From Centroscyllium fabricii (lineage: Eukaryota), in the NCBI GenBank assembly GCA_051313645.2, contig JBNRSN020000014.1, forward strand, positions 11,098,001 through 11,162,000: DNA of 64,000 bases, written 5' to 3'. The notes below the pieces were generated by a model, which worked only from the letters and a program-made list of their open reading frames with translations, ran no database searches and was not told the DNA's origin. A program made the position numbers and the translations under genes. Positions 35,093 through 46,800 of this stretch are shown in pieces (position 1 is the stretch's first letter; the number at the start of each line of letters is the position of its first letter).

Positions 35093-35300
35093 TTGCTCGG
35101 CCACTTGAGAGGGTATCGAGCCAACCATGAAGCGTGGGACTGGCACCAAGTGTAGGTCAGGATGGCAGTTTCTTTCTCCTGAAGAGCATTAGTGTACCGC
35201 CTGGGTTTTTCCATCAGCTGGGTAGCTTTTATGGTCATTTTTTTGTTGACACCATTTCCTAGAATGATTGACCTTGTAATTCTGAGTTGTCAGTGCAGTA

Positions 35301-36170
35301 TAAGAACATAAGAAGTAGGAGCAGGAGTCGGCCATACGGGCCCTCGGGCCTGTTCCGTCATTCGATAGGATCATGGCTGATCCGAACATAGACTCTCATC
35401 CACTTCCCTGCCCGTGACCCCTTATTCCCTTATCAGCTAGGAAACTGTCTATCTCCGTTTTAAATTTATTTAATGTCGCAGCTTCCACAGCTCTCTGAAG
35501 TAGCAAATTCCATAGATTCACCACCCTCTGAGTGAAGAAGTTTCTCCTCATCTCAGTTTTGAAAGGGCAGCCCCTTATTCTCAGATTATGCCCCCCAGTT
35601 CTAGTCTCACCCATCAGTGGAAACATCCTCAGCGCATCCACCCGATCAAGCCCCCTCACAATCTTATATGTTTCGATAAGATCGCCTCTCACTCTTCTGA
35701 ATTCCAATGAATAGAGGCCCAACCTACTCAACCTTTCCTCATAAGTCAAGCCCCTCATCCCCGGAATCAACCGAGTGAACCTTCTCTGAACTGCCTCGAG
35801 AGCAAGTATATCTTTTCTTAAATATGGAAACCAAAACTTTACGCAGTATTCCAGGTGTGGCCTCACCAGTACCCTGTATAACTGCAGCAAGACTTCCCTG
35901 CTTTTATACTCCATCCCCCTTGCAATAAAAGCCAAGATTCCATTGGCCTTCCTGATCACCTGCTGTACCTGCAGACTAACCTTCTGTGTTTCATGCACCA
36001 GGACTCCCAGATCCCTTTGTACTGTAGCACTTTGCAGTTTCTCTCCATTTAGATAATAACTTGCTCTTCGATTTTTTTTCTGCCAAAGTGCATAACCTCA
36101 CACTTTCCAACATTATATCCCATCTGCCAAATTTTTGCCCACTCACTTAACCTGCCTATGTCCTTTTGCA
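35301..36170 (-). mobile_element. CR1/HER1 LINE 3' fragment
   Basis: ORF 35396-35998 LYRVLVRPHLEYC..RRVRGDLIETYKI..RRNFFTQRVVNLWN. Confidence 0.92.
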
Positions 36171-36899
36171 GTCTGTTATTTTGCATTGTGTTTTTCTCTA
36201 ATTTTCTTTCCGATAGTTTTTTTCTTTCCTCAGCCAAGTGCTTGTGCAGAAATACTTCACTGCTTCAGGGTGTTTCCAAGTGAAGCTCTAGATCAGTCCT
36301 TGGGTTTACAGTGTATTTCCCTGATGCCGAGTCTACACCCTCTCAACAGTTGGGGAGAGATTCCTTTCATTTAAATGCAGCGAGTTTCAGCAAAGGTTGG
36401 TGGCGCTCAGGCTTCAGGGTCGTCCCAGGTGAGCTCGGAGTTTAATCGACTAAAATCGTGCAGTTTACTGTAGGGGGGGCAAGAGTGACCTTCCTGCTGT
36501 GTTCAACCTGAGCAGTAACGGCTCGCGTGCAGGATGACCCCTCACTGCGCTCGAGGGACCCCACTGATGAATAGAGTGGGTTGAATCACCGGCCCTTGGG
36601 ATAAGCCTGCCCCTCCTGGTCCCATAATGAGCCAGCCAGGTTCATGAAATCATCAGCGGTGCCTTGAAGTATTGAAGGCTGCAGGTTTGACCCTAGTTTG
36701 AGTCTGCTGAGCTGGCAGCTGTCTCAGTCCTGGGGAGGTTGAAGAGTCGGAAATCTACCAGAGATACTGATCCTGATCAAGAGATACCTGCTTGAAATAC
36801 TGTGGACCTTGGCTCAAAACCATATTTTGGTGTGGCACTGATTTCTACCCTTGCCTCAATAGCCTGCTGACATTCACTGTTCTTCGTGTCTGGACATAT

Positions 36900-38420
36900 G
36901 TAAGAAGTCACACAACACCAGGTTATAGTCCAACAGTTTTATCTGAAATCACAAGCTTTCGGAGCGCTGCTCCTTCCTCAGGTGTAAGAGAGATGCATAC
37001 AGACACAGCATATATAGACGGAGAGCAATGTAATCTTTCCAACTGTTCTCCGTCTATATATGCTGTGTTTAAATGCATCTCTCTCACACCTGATGAAGGA
37101 GCAACGCTTGTGATTTCAGATAAAACTGTTGGACTATAACCTGGTGTTGTGCGACTTCTTGCATTTGTCCACCCCAGTCCAACACCGGCACCTCCACATC
37201 ATGTCTGAACATAGACACAGAGTGGAGGCCAGTGGTTCTGATGGAATTAAGAACGTAAAGAGCAGGCGTAGGGCCATCTGGCCCCTCGAGCCTGCTCCAC
37301 CATTCATAGAAACTAGGAGCAGGAGTAGGCCATTCGGCCCTTAGAGCCTGCTCCGCCATTCAATGAGATCATGGCTGATCATCCAAACTCAGCACCCCGC
37401 CCCTGCCCTCTCCCCATATCCCTCGATCCCTATCGAGCCTGCATCGACACATATCCCACCTGGAGTTTGCACATTCTCCCCGTGTCTGCGTGGGTTTCCT
37501 CCGGGTGCTCCGGTTTCCTCCCACAGTCCAGAGATGTGCGGGTTAGGTAGATTGGCCAGGATAAATTGACCCTTAGTGTTAGGGGGATTGAATATGTGGG
37601 GTTACGGGAATAGAGTGGGATATGTGTCGATGCAGGCTTGATAGGAATCGAGGGATATGGGGGAGGGCAGGGGCGGGATACTGGGTTTGGATGATCAGCC
37701 ATGATCTTATTGAATGGCGGAGCAGGCTCGAAGGGCCGAATGGCCTACTCCTCCTAGTTTCGATGTTTCTATCTCCGTAACCCCACATATTCAATCCCCC
37801 TAACACTAAGGGTCAATTTACCCTGGCCAATCAACCTAACCCGCACATCTTTGGACTGTGGGAGGAAACCGGAGCACCCGGAGGAAACCCACGCAGACAC
37901 GGGGAGAATGTGCAAACTCCACACAGATAGTACCCGAGGCTGGATTTGAACCCGGGTCTCCAGTGCTGTGAGACAACAGTGCTAACCACTGTGCCACTGT
38001 ACCGCCCAACTGTTCTCTGTCTATATATGCTGTGTTTAAATGCATCTCTCTCACACCTGATGAAGGAGCAACGCTCCGAAAGCTTGTGATTTCAGAAAAA
38101 CTGTTGGACTATAATCTGGTGTTGTGTGACTTCTTGTATTTGTCCACCCCAGTCCAACACTGGCACCTCCACATCATGTCTGAACATAGACACAGAGTCA
38201 ATAAGATTCAATAAGATCATGATGTGGGGATGCTGGTGTTGGACTGGGGTGGACAAATGTAAGAAGTCACGCAACACCAGGTTATACTCCCAACAGCCTA
38301 ATTAGAAATCACAAGCTTTCGGAGCGCCGCTCCTTCACCTGACGAAGGAGCAGCACTCCGAAAGCTTGTGATTTCTAATGAAGCTGTTGGACTATAACCT
38401 GGTGTTGTGGGACTTCTTAC
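36900..38420. mobile_element. Cluster of PLE-derived palindromic repeats (hammerhead-like) and HE1 SINE fragments
   Basis: Inverted pLTR pairs 36900-37215 and 38220-38420, direct copy 38008-38200; SINE pieces 37306-38006. Confidence 0.75.
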
Positions 38421-39751
38421 AATAAGATCATGGCTGATCTTTCCCGCCCGATCCCCCTTGGTTCCCCTGGAGTCCAAAAGTCTTATCGATCTCAGCCTTG
38501 AATATACTCAATGATGTATCCTGCCAACACCTTCGGGGCGTAGAGGGGGTCAGGAGAGAAGATTTTCAGGAGAAAGAAAACAATTGATCTTTATTGCAGC
38601 GCTGCCCAGCTGTGTGAGTCATACTATAATAATCGAGTCTGATGTGTCGGGTTTTGTTTGAGAGACCATGAGGAGGACAGTGAGAAATACCTGCAGTTGA
38701 TAAAATCTTGACTGTGTTGAGTTGTTGATTGGAATGGTAGCTTGTTTATGGGATTGATATCTGCAGCCTGTCATCTTGAGTGCATCATGGTGGGTTCACT
38801 AATGATGTCATGTTCATAAGTTCCCAAGTGTATCGGCTTGATTTGTGTCTTTTAACCACTTGTGCACACGAAGGAGGAGGCATCTTGTGTGTATGTCTCC
38901 TCCACGTTTCTCAGGAGACATCGGGCACAGCAGTTACAAAGCAAGCAAGGTGAGTGATTTACTGGTTTTTTTTTGATAATTTGTTAAGGGTGGAAACACA
39001 GCCAGTTTTGTGACTTAAAAGGTTCGTTATCGTGGGAGGAATTGATACTGCTGACAGCAATGTTATTTAATTCACTAAGTTGGAGTAGAACTGAAGCTGT
39101 CTGGGATGGTGAGTATCAGTGTCTTTTTTGAGCTATTTTAGGTTTCATTTGTCCAGGTGTTGCCTCTTTGAGTGAGGTAAAGGCCCTGACATGGAGTCTA
39201 ACTTGAGCCCTACGTGAGAGTGATTGTTTATGCAGTTGTTCTCCCAATGTTTTGGTGAGTCAGTGCATTGTACAACATGATACTAAGCCGTTCAGATAAG
39301 GAAGGTTGGGGGATTTGGTCCCACGTGGTCGCTGATCTCAGTCTGGCACAGCAGTGAAGGCATTGCAGTTAGCCTCGGCATACACTGGGCAGAGAATCTG
39401 TGGCCCAGTACTCAACTGGATTCTACATTTATCCACGAAAGCTTCAGAGGTCGTTTTAAGAACTATAAGTTGGGTTATTCCCTAACCTTTTCAAATATAA
39501 ACACAGTATGTTAACTGAGATTTGCAGTGAATTGTAGTAGACTACCAGGATTTCACAGCACTTCTGAGCTTAACAGGGAATGCCTTAATCAGAATTACAA
39601 CACGCTTCCTTCCAAACTGTCATCTGTTGCCATATTTTATCCTTTTTTATTAAGGATACTCAAGCCATAGGAGCAGATATCCTGGGTAGAATTCGCTCTT
39701 CAATGTCATGATGAACTGGGAGTCACTCGCAGCAACTATTCACACTTGGTA

Positions 39752-40270
39752 CAGGTTGCGCACCATTAATCCGGCAACCGTTAATCCGGCACCTTCAGTG
39801 GTCTGGCACGAATCCCGCTGGCCGGGCCACATGATCCCAGGGACGCGCGCGCGAACCGGCAGCACCCCGCGATGGGCGGGCCTCTCCCCGGCAGCACCCC
39901 GCGATGGGCGGGCCTCTCCCCGGCAGCACCCCGCGTTATGCGGGCCTCTCCCCGGCAGCACTGGAGAGTCCCAGGACCGCGAATCTACGTACCTGCCGGA
40001 CCACCAGGTGGGCAGGCAATTTATTTCAGCACCGGAGAGTCCCAGGACTGCGAATCCCATTCCCTCCTCTTTGTAATGTTCTACGCGCGCGCAGCGGCCA
40101 ATTTGATCGCGATACGCGCGTGCAGTGGCCATTTTGACCGCTCTACGCGCGCGCTGTGGCCATTTTGACTGGTGTGCGCATGCGCTCCCCAAACCTGCAG
40201 TGGTTCGGCATTTTCAGTAGTCCGGCACCGGCCTGGTCCCGAGGGTGCCGGAGTAACGATGCCCAACCTG
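39752..40270. mobile_element. Tc1/mariner-type MITE with internal ~32-bp tandem repeats
   Basis: TA-caggttg..caacctg-TA. Confidence 0.82.
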
Positions 40271-40989
40271 TATAATGCCGCCCATGTTGCAAGGAAGCTT
40301 TGGAGTGCTTCACATCTCTGTTAACATATTGTGCAAATAAAGTCAAGGAAACCTCTTGCTGATCACCTCCTGTCCCCCAGAACCGACAAATCAATACTCC
40401 TCCATGTTGAACATCATTTGCAAGAAGTTCTGTGGAAAGCAGGGGTGCAGAATGTGCTCTGGGTGGGGACTTCAGTGTCTGCCAGTAGAAACGTCTCAGT
40501 TGGAAGTGGGGGGCCGACTCGGGGAGCATTCGTGAATTGAAGCCTTGAGGTGATGCAGGCATGGATTAGAATCCCGACAAATTGCTGTAGTGCTGACCCA
40601 GGATGGAAGCAGGAACGCCATTCCAATTGAGAATTGTTCATTTAATTATACCTTCTGATTTTGAGAGAGAATAGCAAATTGTAATCGTCCATGCCAAATT
40701 CAAATATACAGCGGATAAACCAAAGATGTCGCTAGGATTTTAGTAACGTGCGTGTGGTTGAGGTGTGAAATTTTCGCAGTGTCCACTCAACCTGTGGGAA
40801 ATATTTTGTACATTTTTCCCTTCTAAACTGGGATTGTGTATGGTGAGAACATTTTGAGCTGCCCGAATATTGTACAGGATGCATGGTTGCTTGTGTGATT
40901 CATTTAATATAGAGTTTTGGGAGAAATATTAGCAAGTGTAGTTGCTGTGCAGGCAAGCATGGGCGCCATTGTACACAGAGCAGGGCTCC

Positions 40990-41270
40990 CACCGACAGCA
41001 AATGAATGAATTCCATGTTGGTCTCTTTGGTGCTGCTTGAAGGATCATTGTTGGCCTGGATACCAGGACAATGCCCTTCTCCTCTTCAAATACTGCTGTG
41101 GGAGCATCACTATCCACCTGAAGGAGGGAGCCTTGCTTTTCTACCTTCTCTGAAAAACAGCACCTTCGGCAATGCAGCATTCCCTCAGTACTGCACTGGA
41201 GAGTTTAGGTCTTGTACCTTATTTCCGGAGTGGGGCTTGTACCCACAACCTTCTGATTCAGGTGAAAGTA
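40990..41270 (-). mobile_element. Old, diverged DeuSINE
   Basis: Degenerate Deu domain (ccctcagtactgcactgga..). Confidence 0.6.
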
Positions 41271-41439
41271 TAGTGTAGAGTAGTTCTGAGATGCCAGCCC
41301 TGCTTCCAGTGTCGCACGTTTAAAAGCCAGTCATTTCTGGTAAATTCAATTTCAAATTTTATTTGTTACATGTACTAGAATGCAACGAGCAATCTAGACA
41401 GTAAAATGCTTATTTTACGAGCCGAACGCACCGTGCAAG

Positions 41440-43164
41440 TGTAACCTGGGTCTGAAACCCAGAGTCAGGGAGAATCTCCCTAAAGGGTTAAAAGTCTAGG
41501 GATCCAGTGGTCTGAGGTCAGGTGACCTCTTCGGTGCCAGTTTGTCTGGAAGTTCAGATCACATGGGGTGGTTGTCCAGGTGTGAGATTGAACACTGTTG
41601 CAGACAGGCTGGGCTGCCATGGAAACCAGCACTCGGCTCCGGCCAGTCTGGAAAAATGTGAGGTGGGGGCTGTGTGATTGCTTTGTGATAGGCTGGCTAA
41701 AAGTGGGGTGAGTTACTGGAGGGTGGAGCCAGGACAGGATAAAAGGCTGGACACGCCTAGAGACAGGATTATTAAGATAGAGCGCAGGAGGAAGATTAAG
41801 ATAGAGCGCAGGAGGAAGAGAGAAGATTGAGCAGGAGGTTAGATTGAGAAGATCCGGGGAAGATCCAGAAGGAGGTTAGATTGAGAAGATCCGGGAAAGA
41901 TCCAGAGAAGCCATGAGAGAGGCAGTTCCAAGAGCCGTCGTTGTCTCCCTTGGGATGAGTAGGCTGTAGTGTACGGTACTCATTGCCAAGCCCTGTTCGG
42001 ACAGTCGTGAGTGGCGGCTACTGAGAGAAGGGCTTGGGGAAGACGAGGTTGCAGGAAGCAGAGGGTGGAGAAGTGTGTTGATGCCCACTGCTGGAAGATG
42101 CTGGAGGCTTTCGTGTTAAAAGGACTGAGAGACAGTCCCAAGAGCCGTCGTTGTTTCCCTTGAGATGAGTAGGCTGTAGTGTACGGTACTCATTGTCAAG
42201 CCCTGTTCGGACAGTCGTGAGTGGCGGCTACTGAGAGAAGGGCTTGGGGAAGACGAGGTTGCAGGAAGCAGAGGGTGGAGAGCTGTGTGCGACGCCCATT
42301 GCTGGAAGAGGCTGGAGGCTTTCGTGTTAAAAGGACTGAGAGACAGTTCCAAGAGCCGTCGTTGTTTCTCTTGAGATGAGTAGGCTGTAGTGTACGGTAC
42401 TCATTGTCAAGCCCTATTCGGACAGTCGTGAGTGGCGGCTACTGAGAGAAGGGCTTGGGGAAGACGAGGTTGCAGGAAACAGAGGGTGGAGAGCTGTGTG
42501 CGACGCCCACTGCTGGAAGATGCTGGAAGCTTTCGTGTTAAAAGGACAGAGGCAGATCCAAGAGCCGTCGTTGTCTCCCTTGAGATGAGGAGACTGTAGT
42601 GTACGGTCCTCATTGCCAAGCCCTATTCGGACAGTCGTGAGTAATAACTTCTGAGAAAAGGGCTTGGGGAACAAGGTGTAAGGGTGCTAAAGTGGATGCC
42701 TTGCCATTGTAAATTGCTGATTGAAATGTGTTCTGTAAGGGTGCTAAAGCGAGTGCCTTGCCATTGTAAATTGCTGATTGAAATGTGTTCTGGAAGGGTG
42801 CTAAAGCGAGCGCCTTGCCATTGTAAAGTTCTGATTGAAGTGTGTTCTTGGGAGTGGTTGTGAACTGAATGAATGCTGATTGATTTGTTGTATGACATTA
42901 ATGCTACTTTCTGTTTTTGTATCTAGTTGCTAGTTGCTTAACACTGTTTGTATTTAAACTCTATCTCCCATCCCTGTTATTAAAGTTTGTAAATAGAAAT
43001 CTTGTCTCAGATTCATCTCTCTCAAGTTAAAAAGGTTACATTTGGGTGGAGGTCACAGAGTTCTACACGTGGGGTACGTTAAGAACCTACGGGGTAATTG
43101 GTATTAACCTACCCCCCCATTCTCAGTAAAGGAGAGGGGGGGGCCAATCGTAAAAAGGGTTACA
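41440..43164 (+). mobile_element. Large solo LTR (~1.7 kb) with ~210-bp and ~57-bp internal tandem repeats
   Basis: Termini tgtaacc/ggttaca; flanks caag/caat; TATA-like gataaaag near 41738; ATTAAA near 42978; no ORF. Confidence 0.72.
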
Positions 43165-43293
43165 CAATAAATAACACTAAGCTGCCCGGCGCGTCCGGAG
43201 CCCGTAAGGCGGCAGCAACCTCACAAGCGCCATCATCATGGGTCCCGTTCCCGCACCGCTCCGGCCTCTCCTGCTCTCAAAGTTCAATGTTCT

Positions 43294-43481
43294 TGTTTTA
43301 AATCAAGCGAGCTGCTTCCTGTTCTACAGTCCCAAAGTCTGCATGAGTTATCTGCAGAACCGGCCAACACCTGCCCCGTCTCCCAGCCAACGTCCACACA
43401 CCTCACCGCTCCGTCATGTCCACCGCAAGTGCCGAGCCTCTCACCGTTCAGGGAACACCAGACACCAACAACGACATCCTT
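43294..43481 (-). pseudogene. EIF3I: Processed fragment of EIF3I (eIF3 subunit i, WD40)
   Basis: KDVVVGVWCSLNGERLGTCGGHDGAVRCVDVGWETGQVLAGSADNSCRLWDCRTG/KQLA*FKT versus EIF3I KDPIVNVWYSVNGERLGTYMGHTGAVWCVDADWDTKHVLTGSADNSCRLWDCETGKQLALLKT; intronless, frameshift and stop. Confidence 0.9.
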
Positions 43482-43638
43482 GAACTCTAAAAATATACTC
43501 CGGTACCTGCACACCTGAAAATGTACTTTACTGTATGCAATTTGCATGTAATTTATTTGTACTACTCGGGAGCGTCGAGTCTTAGTCTCGTTGTATTGTA
43601 CTAGTACTCTGCAATGACAATAAAACTTGAATTGAATT
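43482..43638 (+). mobile_element. Short Rex1-type LINE 3' end
   Basis: Paralogous to the reverse complement of 33252-33415; (ttgaa)n tail. Confidence 0.8.
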
Positions 43639-43807
43639 GTTCCGCAGGCTGATGTTTTCGGGCTTGACCACCTCCCGGTACGCCATCTTATTGCTGACAA
43701 TCGCGTCCAGCCGATGAACTGCTTCCACCACAGCCCCGGAACAGCCGCTTGGTGTGGAGGAGCTTGGAGTCTGGCTCGGCTTCGGCCTCGAGCTCCGGGT
43801 GGCTCAT
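43637..43807 (-). pseudogene. SMG5: Processed 5' fragment of SMG5 (NMD factor), with GC-rich 5' UTR to about 43950
   Basis: MSHPELEAEAEPDSKLLHTKRLFR/(+1 G)AVVEAVHRLDAIVSNKMAYREVVKPENISLRN versus SMG5 ..EPEAKVLHTKRLYRAVVEAVHRLDLILCNKTAYQEVFKPENISLRNK. Confidence 0.9.
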
Positions 43808-44313
43808 GATTGCCCCGCCGTGTCCCTCTCGGTCCCCCTCTCTCAGTCTCTTGGTTTCTCTCACGGCTCCAGCGCCGCTTCCCCCGCGGCCGCCATTGCT
43901 CGCCTTCAACCGCCGCTGGCTCTCGCGAGACTGAAAGCAGTTTGTCTTAACCTTGGTAAACTGCTGAAGACTCGCACAATGCGAATCTGCAGAGAACAAT
44001 CCTCCTTCAGTTGACCCAGAATGTGTCGAAGCACAATTAGCCTGTAACTGACCTCACTGTACATCTATGTAGCACTCATACTGTGACCTTAAAGGGCTTA
44101 GCGTTACACATAGCTCTAGCTTGAATCATCAAAGTACATCACATGGGATGATATTCCTATTCTTGTGGACCATTATATCCTCTGACATAATGTGGCAAAA
44201 CTGCGTAATATAATTTGCAAATAAAATGCAATTTGTTTCTAATATTCAGTCAGTTTCATAACTACAAGTGTTAACAGCTTCAAGAAACAGCAATTGCTCA
44301 CTTTATGTTCCAG

Positions 44314-44595
44314 GCTCGAGTCGAGCGGATGGAGGAGGCACAGAAAGAACGAGATGAGTACGAGAAGGCGTGTGGGGATTGTAAGCGGAAACTCAGTGAG
44401 TGTCAGAAGAAGCTGAAGGATATGGTGCTGGTGGAAACGGACGATGCCAAGCAAGAGATTGGAAAGTTACAGGACGAGCTCAAACAACTGAAAAAGGAGG
44501 AGAAAGAACTGGATAAGAAAGGGTCGTCACTGAAGAAGAAGGAGAAATCAATGCCTTGGAATGTGGATACACTGAGTAAAGAGGGGTTCAGTAAG
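44314..44595 (+). CDS. CDC37: CDC37 exon 2 (ARVERMEE...KKEKSMPWNVDTLSKEGFSK)
   Basis: ttccag acceptor, AAG/gttgg donor; conserved MPWNVDTLSK. Confidence 0.96.
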
Positions 44596-44697
44596 GTTGG
44601 TGTTACGTTGTCCGCTCACGGACTGTTACAGCAGGGGTGCATTCCCAACTCATGTCGGTGCTAATCCTGAATTGTTCACTGGAAAAAAGGGATTGCA

Positions 44698-45224
44698 CGG
44701 GTTGAGCACCGTTAATCCGGCACGGTCAGGACCAGGCCCGTGCCGGAATACTGAAAAAGCCGAACGAGTGAAGCTTTGGCGAGCGCATGCGCGGATCATT
44801 CAAAATGGCCGCGCGCACGCGCTGAACATTAGAAATGGCCGCAGTGCGCGCAGACCAGTCCAACTGCCCGCAGCGCGCGGGTGGAGCAGAGCGCACATCA
44901 CCGGGATTGGACCAGAAGGTCGGGCGTGGTTGCAGCCACGCCGTCTGGACCAGTGCGTATTCGGAAAAGGCCCTGGGAGGGAGCCCGGTCCAACACTCCA
45001 CGGGGCCGGAGCATCACAGACCTTCTGCATGTCAGGTCCCCCCCCCCCCCTCCCCCCATACCCTGTACAGGGGCTTTTACACAAAGCGCGGGAAGCGTCC
45101 GCTCGGAAGATGAAGAGCAGCACTGCGCATGCGCCGACCACTCGGAGATCCGTTCCGGACGACTGAAGCTGCCGGATTGACGGTTTCCGGATTGACGGTT
45201 TCCAGATTAACGGTGCTCAACCTG
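44698..45224. mobile_element. Tc1/mariner-type MITE
   Basis: TIR ..gttgagcaccgttaatccgg / ..attaacggtgctcaacctg-TA. Confidence 0.8.
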
Positions 45225-45227
45225 TAT

Positions 45228-45508
45228 TTCTAGAGCGCCTTTCACGACCACCGGACGTCCCAAGTGCTTTACAGCCAATGAAGTACTTTTCGAAGTGTAG
45301 TCACTGTTGTAATGTAGGAAACACGATAGCCAATTTGCGCACAGCAAGCTCCCACCAACAGTACAATGCTAATGACCAGATGATCGTTTTGTGATGTTAA
45401 TTGAGGGATAAATATTGGCCCGGGACACCGGGGAGAACTCCCCTGCTTTTCTTCAAAATACTGCCTGTGGGATCTTTCAGGTTGACCTGAGAGAGCAGAC
45501 GGGGACTC
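45228..45508 (-). mobile_element. DeuSINE 3' half
   Basis: Paralogous to 19100-19370. Confidence 0.75.
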
Positions 45509-45577
45509 GAGGATCTTCCTTTTGCTGTGTATCCCTCGGTCTGCTTCCGTTCACCCATCATATCTCTGCTCGCTGAT

Positions 45578-46800
45578 GCATAGAAACACAGAAGATAGGA
45601 GCAGGAGTCGGCCTTTCGATGAGATCATGGCTGATCATCCAAACTCAGTACCCTGTCCCTGCCTTCTCCCCATATCCCTATATCCCTTTAGCTCTAAGAA
45701 CTATATCTAACTCCTTCTTGAATATATTTAATGACTTGGCCTTCACTATATTCTGCGGTAGAGAATTCCACAGGTTCACCACTCTGAGTGAAAAAATTCT
45801 TCCTCATCACTGTCCTGAATGGCTTACCCCTTATCATTAGACTGTGACCCCTGGTTCTGGACTCTACGACCATCGGGAACATCCTTCCTGCATCTAGTCT
45901 GCCCAGACCTGTCAGAATTGAATAAGTTTCGATGAGATCCCCTCTCATTCTTCTAAACTCCAGCGAGTATAAGCCCAATCGACCCAATCTCTCCTCATAC
46001 ATCATTCCTGCCATCCCAGGTATCAGCCTTGTGAACCTTCGCTGAACTCCTTCCAGGGCAAGAACATCCTTCCTCAGATAAGGCGACCAAAACTGCACAC
46101 AGTACTCGAGGTGTGGTCTCACCAAGGCCCTGTACAACTGCAGCAGGACATCCCTGTTCCTGTACTCAAACCCTTTCACTATAAAGCCCAACATACCATT
46201 TGCCCACTGTGGTAAACCGTTTACCACTAATACTGCTGTATTGTATATAGTCTCTGTATTGTACATAGTTACCTCTTGCCCTGAGATCTACCTGGGATGC
46301 CTCAGCCGGCTCCGCCTCCTGGCTCCACCCACAGACGGCTGTATAAAGGTGGCAGCCCTGCTGACCTCGTGGCATTCCAGGACCTGATAGTGACAAGACC
46401 TGTACTCCAGTTCTTTGCTAATAAAAGCCTCAATTACTTTACTTCGTCGACTTGTGGTAATTGATCATGCATCACCTTCTTAACCGCCTGTTGCACCTGC
46501 ATGCTTACCTTCAGTGCACAAGGACGCCCAGGTTTCGTTGCACTTCTCCGTCTCCCAATCTATTTCCATTCAGATAATAGTCTGCCTATCTGTTTTTGAC
46601 ACCAAAGTGGATAACCTCGTATTTACCCATGTTATATTACATCTGCCATGCTTCTGCCCAATCACCCAACCTGTCCAAATCATCCTGGAGTTTCTCCGTA
46701 TCCTCCTCACAGCACACACGCCCACCCAGCTTTGTGTCGTCTGCAAACTTGGAGATATTGTATCTAGTTCCCTCGTCCAGATCATGAATGTATATTGTGA
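45578..46800 (-). mobile_element. CR1 LINE fragment interrupted by a solo LTR
   Basis: ORF 45694-46200 with CR1 C-terminal motifs; FADDTKL upstream. Confidence 0.9.
46208..46474 (+). mobile_element. Solo LTR (tgtggtaaacc...tgcatca lineage)
   Basis: TG..CA, TATAAA, AATAAA; TSD imperfect. Confidence 0.82.

Noticed and set aside
41876-42898. Repeated small ORFs (70-91 aa)
   Set aside because: Translations of tandem repeats inside the solo LTR
43165-43293. Third captured gene start (MMMALVRLLPPYGLRTRRAA* on the minus strand)
   Set aside because: No protein recognised; it could equally be the 5' end of a Rex1-type non-autonomous element, so it is left unassigned
43284-43999. Functional nested EIF3I or SMG5 gene
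   Set aside because: Only short intronless fragments with frameshifts, a stop and a LINE insertion; treated as pseudogene pieces
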